Positions 36,076 to 45,306 of a stretch of 45,504 nt of DNA are shown here, piece by piece. The DNA comes from an uncultured Gammaproteobacteria bacterium (GTDB lineage: Bacteria; Patescibacteriota; Microgenomatia; UBA12405), in the NCBI GenBank assembly GCA_964638385.1, contig CAZWZK010000001.1, positions 1,945 to 47,448 of the forward strand, read 5' to 3'. Numbering within the stretch: the first letter of the stretch is position 1; every line of letters begins with the position of its first letter. The translations under genes were made by a program, and so were the position numbers. A model generated the notes under the pieces. That model was given only the letters and a program-made list of their open reading frames with translations, searched no databases and was not told the DNA's origin.

Positions 36076-37011
36076 ATGAAATCAAAAGTCAATATTTCAG
36101 CTGTCATTAATGTCCGTAATGAATCAGAACATTTAAATAAATGTCTTAAATCAATCAAAGACTTGGTTGACGAAATTATTGTTGTCGATATGAAATCGAC
36201 CGATAACAGCGTTGCTATCGCCAAAAACTTTGGTGCTAAAGTTTTTAGTTATCGCCCTATGAAATTTGTCGAACCAGCCAGAAACTACGCCCTTTCCAAA
36301 GCTACCGGCAAATGGATTTTGTTGCTAGATCCAGACGAATATTTATCCAAAAGTCTCAAAAAAGAATTAAAGAAAATAACCCAAAGATCAGATGTTGACT
36401 TTGTTAAAATTCCTCGCCAAAATTTTATTTTTGGTAAATGGATTCGCCACGCCAATTGTTGGCCAGATTACCTTATCCGATTCTTCAAAAAAGGTGCTGT
36501 CACTTGGCAAAAAGAAATTCATAGCCAGCCTATTACCAAAGGTAATAGTATTACTTTGCTTGATTCAGAAAAATTAGCTATAAAACACAATAACTATCAA
36601 AACATCAATCAATTTCTCCTTCGCGCTATCCGCTACAGCAACATTCAGGCCGATGAATTAAATGCCAAAGATTACAAAGTCAAAACCAGCGATTTTATTC
36701 TCAAACCTATTCAGGAATTCAATAGCCGTTTCTTTTTTGCCGAAGGCTACAAAGACGGTATTCATGGACTGATTTTTTGTCTTCTCCAAGGCGTTGCTAT
36801 CGGACTCATTTATGCCAAACTTTGGGAGAAGCAAGGATCTGTCGACAAACAACTCCTCAAAGAGTCTTTTGTTTCCGCCAGTCAGGAAGCTAATTTTGAA
36901 TATGATCACTGGTTCTCCAAGTTCTTCAAAGAAGAATATTCTCCAGGAATCTTCAAAGTTCTTCTTATCAGAATTAGACACTGGTTAAATTATTTAACCA
37001 AAAATTTTTAA
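36076..37011 (+). CDS. GT2 glycosyltransferase
   Basis: VINVRNESEHL, VVDMKSTDNS, LLDPDEY. C-terminal hydrophobic helix GLIFCLLQGVAIGLIYAKLW. Paralogous to 37926..38717. Confidence 0.8.
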   Translation: MKSKVNISAVINVRNESEHLNKCLKSIKDLVDEIIVVDMKSTDNSVAIAKNFGAKVFSYRPMKFVEPARNYALSKATGKWILLLDPDEYLSKSLKKELKKITQRSDVDFVKIPRQNFIFGKWIRHANCWPDYLIRFFKKGAVTWQKEIHSQPITKGNSITLLDSEKLAIKHNNYQNINQFLLRAIRYSNIQADELNAKDYKVKTSDFILKPIQEFNSRFFFAEGYKDGIHGLIFCLLQGVAIGLIYAKLWEKQGSVDKQLLKESFVSASQEANFEYDHWFSKFFKEEYSPGIFKVLLIRIRHWLNYLTKNF

Positions 37012-37014
37012 TCT

Positions 37015-37935
37015 ATGGTTAAAATTGCCATTATTGTCTTAAATTGGAATAAGCCAGATCTCACTATTAATACGGTTGATTCGTTATTAAAAATTACCCA
37101 CCATGGGTTCGATTTTCAAATATTTTTAGTCGATAATGGTTCTTCTGATAACTCAATCACTCTCTTCGAAGAAAGATTTTCTAAACAATCATTAGTCAAA
37201 ATTCTCCAAGCTGGGAGCAACTTAGGTTTTGTTGGTGGTAACAATTTTGGCATCAAGCAAAGCCTTAAACTTGGATTTGACTACGTATTATTAATTAATA
37301 ATGATGTTTCAGTTGACCCTAATTTTCTTTCCAACCTCCTAAAAGCTGCCAAAGATAAATACGCTATTTCTGCTCCAAAGATTTATTTTTCCCCAGGGTG
37401 TGAATATCACCAAAATCGTTATTCCAAATCAGAAATTGGACATGTTATTTGGTTTGCCGGTGGCCAAATAGACTGGAATAATATTTATGGTAGCCACATT
37501 GGTGTTGATGAAGTTGACCATGGTCAATTCGATAAAATCAACCCTAATATAGATTTCCTTACCGGTTGTTGTCTTTTAATTCAAAAAGATGTTTTTGATC
37601 AAATTGGTTTACTTGATGAGAAATATTTTATGTATCTAGAAGATGCTGATTTTTGCCAAAGAGCCAAAAAGAAAGGCTTTAAAATCGCTTATATCCCTCA
37701 ATCAAAAATCTGGCATATCAACGCCGGATCTTCAAAAAGTGGGGGAGATCTTCATGATTATTTTTTGACCCGTAATCGACTTATATTTGGTCTCCGATAT
37801 GCTAAACTAAGGACAAAAATAGCCCTTATAAAAGAATCTATTGTTCAATTATTTTCACCCTCGACCACTAAATGGCAAAAAAATGGAATTATCGATTTCT
37901 ATATTAAAAAATTAGGCAAAGGATCATGGCAATAA
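37015..37935 (+). CDS. GT2 glycosyltransferase (rhamnosyl/galactosyl-transferase-like)
   Basis: IIVLNWNKPDLT, VDNGSSDNS, NLGFVGGNNFG, LLINNDV, YLEDADFCQRAKKKGF. Confidence 0.85.
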   Translation: MVKIAIIVLNWNKPDLTINTVDSLLKITHHGFDFQIFLVDNGSSDNSITLFEERFSKQSLVKILQAGSNLGFVGGNNFGIKQSLKLGFDYVLLINNDVSVDPNFLSNLLKAAKDKYAISAPKIYFSPGCEYHQNRYSKSEIGHVIWFAGGQIDWNNIYGSHIGVDEVDHGQFDKINPNIDFLTGCCLLIQKDVFDQIGLLDEKYFMYLEDADFCQRAKKKGFKIAYIPQSKIWHINAGSSKSGGDLHDYFLTRNRLIFGLRYAKLRTKIALIKESIVQLFSPSTTKWQKNGIIDFYIKKLGKGSWQ

Positions 37936-38717
37936 AAACACCTATTTCTATCATTATTTTGGCTGGTAACGAAGAAAAAATGATTGTTGATTGTCTCAAA
38001 ACGTGCAATTGGGCTAGTGAAATTGTTTTAGTTGCCGCCAATTCTTCTGATAATACGGTTTCTTTGGCAAAAAAAACTATTCCTGGTATTAAGGTGGTTA
38101 AGACCGAAGACGAATATAATAAAAATTTTAGTAAATGGCGTAATCTTGGGTTCAAATCGAGCACTCAACAATGGATTATATATATTGATGCTGATGAACG
38201 GATTACTCCAGATCTTCAAAGAAAAATTATTGCTATTGTCAAATCCAAAAATTCTAAATTTACTCATTATGCTATTCCTCGAGCTAATCATTTCTTAGGA
38301 CAAAGAGTTCGTTATGGCGGATCTTATCCTGATTATGTCAAAAGGTTATATAACCGAGATTTTTTTAACGGCTACAAAGGCGTTCTCCACGAGGAACCGA
38401 TTATTACTGGAGAATTGGGTTATATAGATTCTGATTTGCTTCACTACACTCACCGAGACCTTACTTCTATGGTTAACAAGACACTTGTTTGGAGCGATAC
38501 TGAAGCCCAAGCATTATTTAAGTCTGGCCACCCTCCTGTTGTGTGGTGGAGATTTATTAGAATGATGTTAACTAAACTCTGGGAACGTCTCGTCAAGCAG
38601 CAAATGTGGCGTGATAAAGAAGTTGGTTGGGTCTCTGTTATTTTTGAAGTCTTTAATACATTTTTGATTTACGCCCGACTCTGGGAATTACAACAAAAAC
38701 AAAATCAAAAAATTTAA
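37926..38717 (+). CDS. GT2 glycosyltransferase
   Basis: IILAGNEEKMI, AANSSDNT, IDADER. The C-terminal helix resembles that of 36076..37011. Overlaps the upstream gene by 10 nt. Confidence 0.8.
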   Translation: MAIKTPISIIILAGNEEKMIVDCLKTCNWASEIVLVAANSSDNTVSLAKKTIPGIKVVKTEDEYNKNFSKWRNLGFKSSTQQWIIYIDADERITPDLQRKIIAIVKSKNSKFTHYAIPRANHFLGQRVRYGGSYPDYVKRLYNRDFFNGYKGVLHEEPIITGELGYIDSDLLHYTHRDLTSMVNKTLVWSDTEAQALFKSGHPPVVWWRFIRMMLTKLWERLVKQQMWRDKEVGWVSVIFEVFNTFLIYARLWELQQKQNQKI

Positions 38718-38732
38718 GGTATTATTAAGTTG

Positions 38733-39914
38733 ATGGCAAAGAAAGCAGCAATTTATGATCCGTATTTAGATACTCTTGGTGGTGGTGAAAGATATTGTTT
38801 AAGTGTCGCCGAAATTCTTCTTAAAAATGGCTACGAAGTAGACTTGCTTTGGTCAGGAGATAGTTCTTTGGTTCAAAAAGCCGAAAAAAGATTTTCTCTC
38901 AACTTAAACAATCTAAAAATTGTTCCTGATGTCTATGGAATTCAACCCAAAAACCTCGATTTATTGGAAGAAAACGATCATATATCGAAATTCATTAATC
39001 GAACCATCAATCCTCAAAAGATTAATTTAAAAATTAATCAATTAATTAATAAATTCAAAAATAACCGTAAATACGACGTAATATTCTATATTAGCGACGG
39101 TAGTCTACCTTTATTGTTTGGCAAAAAAAATTATCTCCATGTTCAAGTTCCTTTTGTTGCCAAAAATAACTTATCTTCAAAAATAATTCATCAATTGAAA
39201 TCAAAGTTCTTTACTAATGTTATTTGCAATTCACAATTTACAGCATCATTCCAAGAAAAAGCCTTAAAAAATAAAGTTCTTGTGGTTTATCCTCCAGTAG
39301 ACGTTGATAAGTTTTATTCCAACAATAATAAAGAAAATATTATTCTTTCTGTTGGTCGTTTTGATAATATCCTCAATGCCAAAAAACAAGATGTTCTCAT
39401 TGATGGATTTAGAAAACTTTACGAAACCATCCCAAGCCTCAATTGGAAGCTAGTTTTAGCCGGAGGAAGTTTACTTGATCCAGAAAAAAATTCCTATCTT
39501 CAGTATCTCCAGAAAAAAGCTCAAAATCTTCCTGTAGAGTTTGTAGTTAATCCTCCATTTAATATTCTCCAAGAGATTTACTCTAAATCCAAAATTTATT
39601 GGCACGCTGCCGGTTTTGAAGTTGACGAAAAAATTCACCCCGAAAACACTGAACACTTTGGTATCACTGTTGTTGAAGCCATGTCTTCGGGATTAGTTCC
39701 TGTAGTTATAAATCAAGGTGGTATACCCGAAATTGTCGATAATGGTGTTACTGGTTTTCTTTGGAAAACACTTGATGATCTCGTTTCAAAAACCCAAAAA
39801 CTTATCGACAATCCAGAAACATTAAAGCTTATGTCTCAACAGTCCCTTATTAATTGCCAACAGTTTTCCAAAGATAATTTCGAGAAAAAACTTATGGGTA
39901 TAATTGATAGATAA
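38733..39914 (+). CDS. GT4-type (Glycos_transf_1, GT-B fold) glycosyltransferase
   Basis: N-terminal DTLGGGERY. C-terminal EHFGITVVEAMSSGLVPVV..GGIPEIV..GVTGFL (E-x7-E region). Confidence 0.85.
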   Translation: MAKKAAIYDPYLDTLGGGERYCLSVAEILLKNGYEVDLLWSGDSSLVQKAEKRFSLNLNNLKIVPDVYGIQPKNLDLLEENDHISKFINRTINPQKINLKINQLINKFKNNRKYDVIFYISDGSLPLLFGKKNYLHVQVPFVAKNNLSSKIIHQLKSKFFTNVICNSQFTASFQEKALKNKVLVVYPPVDVDKFYSNNNKENIILSVGRFDNILNAKKQDVLIDGFRKLYETIPSLNWKLVLAGGSLLDPEKNSYLQYLQKKAQNLPVEFVVNPPFNILQEIYSKSKIYWHAAGFEVDEKIHPENTEHFGITVVEAMSSGLVPVVINQGGIPEIVDNGVTGFLWKTLDDLVSKTQKLIDNPETLKLMSQQSLINCQQFSKDNFEKKLMGIIDR

Positions 39915-39915
39915 T

Positions 39916-40794
39916 ATGAAAATTTCTGTCGTTGTCACTAACTGGAATGGATTAAAACTCCTCAAGAAAAATCTTGAAACCATTATTAAAAATAGCCCAG
40001 AAGCCGATGAAATTATTTTGGCCGATGATGCCTCAGAAGACAAAAGTATTGCTTACGCCACGAAATTAAAATCTATCTATCCAAAATTAAAAATAATCAC
40101 TCATCATAAAAATATTGGCTTTGGTGCCAATTCCAATGATGCTGTCAACAAATCAAGTGGCGAACTTGTTGTTTTATTAAACAACGATATTCTTCCTCAT
40201 CCTAATTATATTTCTAATTCCTTAAAGCATTTTTCTGACCCAAACGTCTTTGGAGTTGGATTTGCCGAAGTTGGCCATGAAAATTGGGCTAGATTTTTTT
40301 GGAAAAACGGCTACCTTCAACATGAACCAGGAACATCCAATATTCGTAAAACTCATATCTCTGGCTGGGTTTCTGGTGGTAGTGCCATAGTCAGAAAAAG
40401 TTTATTCCAAAAATTAGGTGGCTTTGATCATATTTATCATCCTTTTTATTCAGAAGATCTTGATTTAGGTTATCGTGCTTGGAAATCAGGCTTCATCCTT
40501 CTTTGGGAACCAAAAAGTGTGGTCGAACATCGTCATGAAGCCACTATGTCTAAATTTTCCCTTAGCTTACTTAATTATGTCAAAGAAAGAAATCGTCTCC
40601 TCAATACTTGGCGCAATATCACTGACCCTGATTTATTAACCTCCAACAAAAGATATCTTTTTTTGCGAGTTTTAAGTGGTCCAAACTATATTAAGATAAT
40701 TCGTGCCGCCAAAAAGAAAATAAAAATATCTCCACCACCAATTGTTTTCCCCAAACTAACTGATCAAGAAATTTTAAAAAAGTTTACTCAGTAA
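39916..40794 (+). CDS. GT2 glycosyltransferase
   Basis: The ATG at 39916 (MKISVVVTNWNGLKLL). ADDASEDKS, NIGFGANSN, LLNNDI, FYSEDLDLGYRAWKSGF. Confidence 0.85.
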   Translation: MKISVVVTNWNGLKLLKKNLETIIKNSPEADEIILADDASEDKSIAYATKLKSIYPKLKIITHHKNIGFGANSNDAVNKSSGELVVLLNNDILPHPNYISNSLKHFSDPNVFGVGFAEVGHENWARFFWKNGYLQHEPGTSNIRKTHISGWVSGGSAIVRKSLFQKLGGFDHIYHPFYSEDLDLGYRAWKSGFILLWEPKSVVEHRHEATMSKFSLSLLNYVKERNRLLNTWRNITDPDLLTSNKRYLFLRVLSGPNYIKIIRAAKKKIKISPPPIVFPKLTDQEILKKFTQ

Positions 40795-41271
40795 ATGAAT
40801 CGTAAAAAATTTCTTTCCATATATTTACCTCTTTGTTTATTTTTTAGTCTCTTTCTGTTTTTTGGACTTAGAAGTATTTCTCAAAAAAAATTTTCTCTTG
40901 AAAAGTTTAATACTCTTACTAATACAACTTCAGCCTTAAAAGATAAAACAGACAATCTTTGTAAATACCAAATACTTAGTGAACCCAAAGTTGGTGATCA
41001 ATACGTTAAAATAAATTTTTGGTGTCAAAATTTAACCAAAGCCAGAAGTACCCTTTCTTTGGCTGCTATTCCTGAAACTACTATTGAAGGTGTCCTAAAA
41101 GAATATGCCAGAATCATTAATTTTGACTACAATTTAATCGCTCAAAAACAATGGTACTGTCTAATTAACGACCAAGAAATCTCTTCGGCTAGCCTCAATC
41201 AAACTGTAAAACCCGCCAGCACCATAGATTGTTTCGAAAATAAAAGTTTATCTCGCTATGATCAAAAATAG
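40795..41271 (+). CDS. Hypothetical membrane-anchored, cysteine-containing extracytoplasmic protein
   Basis: TM segment IYLPLCLFFSLFLFFGL. The rest is soluble and contains 4 Cys. There is zero spacing to the upstream gene and a 14-nt overlap with the downstream gene. Confidence 0.4.
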   Translation: MNRKKFLSIYLPLCLFFSLFLFFGLRSISQKKFSLEKFNTLTNTTSALKDKTDNLCKYQILSEPKVGDQYVKINFWCQNLTKARSTLSLAAIPETTIEGVLKEYARIINFDYNLIAQKQWYCLINDQEISSASLNQTVKPASTIDCFENKSLSRYDQK

Positions 41272-42655
41272 TTTTAAACTTCTTATTTTTTTGTCTGTGG
41301 TCATTCTCGCTTTATTTCTACGCAAAAAAGATTATGCTCAAATTCCTATCCCAGGCCAATCTGTTGATGAATATAGTTACTCTTGGGTCGGTCTATCTTT
41401 ATTAAAAACTGGTATGCCTATTGGCATTTCTGGTATTCCTGGATACGAACATCAATATTCAAAATACATTAACGTTGACCGTCTTTACCAAACACTTTCT
41501 AGCGATCCACTGACTATTAATTACCCATGGATGGATCATCCACCTCTCTTAGGTTTAATAACCGGAGGATACGCTACCCTTGCTGGAGCTAATGTTTTTG
41601 AAGAGACATCTTCTCTCCTTATTCGACGTCCAATTATTATTATTGGTACTATTTCAGTTGGTCTACTTATGATTTTTGCTTGGATCAATTTTGGTTTTTT
41701 TGCTTCTGTTATCTCTGGTCTAATTTACGCTACCACTCCACTAATTGTTCTTAGTAGTCGTATGATTCAGGCCGAAAACGCCATTATTCCTTGTCTTTTG
41801 GCCGTCATGATTTTTGTCAGTTTGTATCAAAAAGATAAAAAAGATTTTTGGTTAATCATGGCTGGTCTTTTTTCTGGTTTTGCTACTTTGTTTAAATTAA
41901 CCGGTATTGTTTGCTATCTTTTTGTTTTTTTGGCCCTACTCAATCAATATCGTCAATTCAATCAAAAATTTTTAAAAGATTTTGGTTTTTATTTATTAAT
42001 TGCTCTTCCAATAACTTCATTTTTCTTTTTTTATGGTGCTGCCTATGGCGTCAAAAATTTCTTTAATATCTTCTTTTCAAATGCTAACAGGTTCTATGGT
42101 ATCGGCCCTAGCGCTCTGGTTGATCTTATTCGTAACCAAAGGTTAACTCAACACAAATTTTTACCTGAAATATGGCTTATTGTTGGATGGTTCACTTTCC
42201 TATTTTCATCCTTTTCAAAAAAGAAATTTACTTCAGATCTCACTTTTATTGCTCTAATTTCTTATCTAATAGTTTATTTATTTTTTGGCAGTCAACCCTA
42301 TGGTTGGTATACTTTTCCGTTTTGGCCATTATTAATTCTTAGCCTTACCAGTTTTATCATCACTTCTTTAAATCAAAACAAAAACTCTCTTTTAATATTT
42401 TTCCTTTCTCTAATTTTGCTTGGCGGTAATATTGGCAGAGTAGTTGGTATCTTTGATTTTCAGCCAATTGCCAATTATTGGCGGATAGGTGTCTCTGGAA
42501 TAATTCTCCTGTTATCAATAAAATTGATCATAAAAAAACCATCGAATAATCTTTTTAAAATCCTTATCCTAATCCTGTTAGCTTTCGCTATCTATTTTAA
42601 TCTTCGTTATCTCAAACTCATTAATCTCGACTTCTGGTGGCAAAATATTTCTTAA
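41258..42655 (+). CDS. GT-C-like polytopic membrane glycosyltransferase (ArnT/PMT-like)
   Basis: First-loop motif GQSVDEYSYSWVG. More than 10 TM segments. No large soluble domain. Confidence 0.7.
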   Translation: MIKNSFKLLIFLSVVILALFLRKKDYAQIPIPGQSVDEYSYSWVGLSLLKTGMPIGISGIPGYEHQYSKYINVDRLYQTLSSDPLTINYPWMDHPPLLGLITGGYATLAGANVFEETSSLLIRRPIIIIGTISVGLLMIFAWINFGFFASVISGLIYATTPLIVLSSRMIQAENAIIPCLLAVMIFVSLYQKDKKDFWLIMAGLFSGFATLFKLTGIVCYLFVFLALLNQYRQFNQKFLKDFGFYLLIALPITSFFFFYGAAYGVKNFFNIFFSNANRFYGIGPSALVDLIRNQRLTQHKFLPEIWLIVGWFTFLFSSFSKKKFTSDLTFIALISYLIVYLFFGSQPYGWYTFPFWPLLILSLTSFIITSLNQNKNSLLIFFLSLILLGGNIGRVVGIFDFQPIANYWRIGVSGIILLLSIKLIIKKPSNNLFKILILILLAFAIYFNLRYLKLINLDFWWQNIS

Positions 42656-42659
42656 GTTT

Positions 42660-43979
42660 ATGAAAAAATTTCTTCTTTTCTCTTTTTTTATATTTATTTC
42701 TCTAGTACTGCGAATTATTATCTCCATCAACATCATCCCTCAAGGAGACGTTCTAGTTCATCAAGAGTGGGGGAGTTTTTTGTATCACCAAGGCCTCGCT
42801 GGATCATATTTTTCTCAAGGATGGACATATACTCCACCAACCCAACCACCTCTAATGATGATGTCTTATTTTGTTTCTCATTTAATTTATGAAAATCGCA
42901 ACATTTTTTCACTACTTCACAACTACACCAAGATTCCACCCGCCTTCATTTTAATTGGTTTCCAAAAATATGGTGAAATTTTGACTCTCAGAATTTGGGA
43001 GTTTTTGGGAACCCTAACCATAGCTCTATTTCTTTATTTTAATTATTCAAAAACTCATTCTTTCAAAAAAAGATTACTAATTTTTCTTGCCATAATTTTC
43101 AATCCTATTTCGATTTTTATTAATTCCGTTTGGGGTCAAAACGATATTCTGCCCACCAGCTTTCTTTATCTATCATTTATTTCGTTGTTTTCTTCTTTCA
43201 GTGTTCTTAGCCCAGCAATTTTTACCTTAGGTGTATTATTTAAACCTACTATTGCTGTTATTTCTCCTTTGTATCTTATTGTTTATCTATATCTCTTAAA
43301 AAAACAAAGTCTAAAAAACAACTTATCAAAAACAATTTTGGTTATCTGCTCAGTCCTTCTTATTGTTTTTGTTTCTTTTAAACCATTCATCCCTCTCGAA
43401 ACAAAGCCGCTCGGGTATATTTCCGATATTGTTAATCATCGTATCAGTACTTCTTCTAAGGGCCTTAAATTAGCCTCAGTTTCTGCTTTCAATATATATT
43501 CCCTTATTTTCAATATCGATCAAACATACGCCACCAATGACAAATCATTTATCCAATTAGCCGACATTAGCAGTATTTTATTTGTTGTTATTAATATATT
43601 TTTTATTACCAAACTTATTCGATCCAAAAAAATTACCTTCAATCACACTTTATTTTCTATATTCTTTATCTCTCAAGGATCCTTCTTGTTTATGACCAAT
43701 ATGCTTGACCGATATTTTATCCCCGCGTTTTTGGCTTCAATAGTTATTGCCATAATTTATTGGAAAAAATTTGGCTGGCTAATGATTGCCCAACAAATAA
43801 TTTGGTTTTTAAATCTTATTTATGCCTATTATTATCGAGTTAATGAACCTATCAACCATCTCTTTAGAGATAATAATTTTCTTGTAATTAGATTAATTTC
43901 TTTAATTAGTATTCTTGTCTTTATTTGCCTTTTTCAGCGATATCAAAAATATCTTTCCGTAAATAAACAAATTGATTAA
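42660..43979 (+). CDS. GT-C-like polytopic membrane protein (PIG-V/GT87/DUF2029-like mannosyltransferase type)
   Basis: QGDVLVHQEWGSFLY after TM1, SVWGQNDILP, LFKPTIAVISPLYL. Paralog of 43902..45245. Confidence 0.55.
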   Translation: MKKFLLFSFFIFISLVLRIIISINIIPQGDVLVHQEWGSFLYHQGLAGSYFSQGWTYTPPTQPPLMMMSYFVSHLIYENRNIFSLLHNYTKIPPAFILIGFQKYGEILTLRIWEFLGTLTIALFLYFNYSKTHSFKKRLLIFLAIIFNPISIFINSVWGQNDILPTSFLYLSFISLFSSFSVLSPAIFTLGVLFKPTIAVISPLYLIVYLYLLKKQSLKNNLSKTILVICSVLLIVFVSFKPFIPLETKPLGYISDIVNHRISTSSKGLKLASVSAFNIYSLIFNIDQTYATNDKSFIQLADISSILFVVINIFFITKLIRSKKITFNHTLFSIFFISQGSFLFMTNMLDRYFIPAFLASIVIAIIYWKKFGWLMIAQQIIWFLNLIYAYYYRVNEPINHLFRDNNFLVIRLISLISILVFICLFQRYQKYLSVNKQID

Positions 43980-45245
43980 CGATAAAATCTTTGGCACCAA
44001 TTGATCAGCCCAAGCAAAAACAATTTTTATTCCATCAAGTTGTTGTGGCACCGAAAAAACATAAAACATACTCAAGAAATAAATTGAGGATAAAATAACA
44101 AAATATTTCCAATATTCTTTTTTATATATCGAATAAAATAATAGCGATACTATAGCAAAAAACGAATATCTTTCATGCATCCCTGTCATAAACAACCAAC
44201 CTCCAAATCCAATGGTAAAAATCGACAAAAACACCGTCTCTAGCTTTTTATATTTTACTAATCTAAAAGACAGCAAAGACACCACGCCCAACAAAATCCA
44301 ACCCCATGTTTTTGCTGTTAAAAACAAATATTTCGTCGTTTCAAATCCGACCTTACTTGGAAAAGGAAAAAACAAATACCAAAAGTTAAATGAATTTTGA
44401 TTAATCAAACCTTCACTAGTATTCAATCTTTTTGCCAACAAAAAAAATAAATCCATAATTTTTCCAGCGTTAAACCAAGTCACCGTCCAAACACTAAAAA
44501 TTCCAGCCAATAAACCACCAAGTATTAAATTCCTCCATGGTTGCTTTTGTTTAAACCACACCACCAAAAACAAAGGTGCCAAAATCACACAATTCGGTTT
44601 TAAATTGATGGCAATAGCATAAAGCAACGGAGCCCAAATTGAACGTTTAGTAGTCAGTAATACAAAAGAAATTATCAAAAATAAAAATGACAATTGATCA
44701 GATTGACCCCAAACTGCCGATAAATACCATGAAAATGGCAACAATAAATAAGCCAGCACAAATTTTTTCCAGTCAACTTTCTTGAGTTTACATATTTTAT
44801 AAATCACCCAAGCCACCAATAAATCAGCCAAAACCATAATTTGTTTAATCACAATAATTACCCCCAACAAATACTCCGTGTTTTCATATCTTGCTGTCCC
44901 AAACCATTTTGAAAAATTAAAAAGCCACAAAAATTTTGTTGGTGCCAGTCTATTAAGAGCAATAAAATTACCCAAATTAGATAACAACATCATCAAAAAA
45001 GAGTGTGTTTTGTAAGCCAAAAAATATACCGAACTAATTAAAGGTGGGTGATTTGGCCAAATGCAAGCCCAAACATTCCAGTTATACAAACCTTTTGGAC
45101 TATCATTCACATACATCCATTTGCCCCATTCAGTTTGAACTCTAATATCGCTATGCGCCGGCAAAAACGACAATGCAAATCTCATTAAGATCAAAAACGC
45201 CAACAAACTTACTGTTTTCCAATTATTTCTAAGCCATTGTTTCAT
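43902..45245 (-). CDS. GT-C-like polytopic membrane protein, convergent paralog of 42660..43979
   Basis: HSDIRVQTEWGKWMY, AVWGQSDQLS and INLKPNCVILAPLFL align with the neighbouring protein. TATAAT (plus 45251-45256) lies 5 nt upstream of the ATG. Confidence 0.55.
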   Translation of the reverse strand: MKQWLRNNWKTVSLLAFLILMRFALSFLPAHSDIRVQTEWGKWMYVNDSPKGLYNWNVWACIWPNHPPLISSVYFLAYKTHSFLMMLLSNLGNFIALNRLAPTKFLWLFNFSKWFGTARYENTEYLLGVIIVIKQIMVLADLLVAWVIYKICKLKKVDWKKFVLAYLLLPFSWYLSAVWGQSDQLSFLFLIISFVLLTTKRSIWAPLLYAIAINLKPNCVILAPLFLVVWFKQKQPWRNLILGGLLAGIFSVWTVTWFNAGKIMDLFFLLAKRLNTSEGLINQNSFNFWYLFFPFPSKVGFETTKYLFLTAKTWGWILLGVVSLLSFRLVKYKKLETVFLSIFTIGFGGWLFMTGMHERYSFFAIVSLLFYSIYKKEYWKYFVILSSIYFLSMFYVFSVPQQLDGIKIVFAWADQLVPKILSLINLFIYGKIFLISLKKANKDKNTN

Positions 45246-45306
45246 AACTAATTATAACCTGCACTAGAACAACTTTTTAACTTAATTTAATGTAAAATTA
45301 CAGCAT

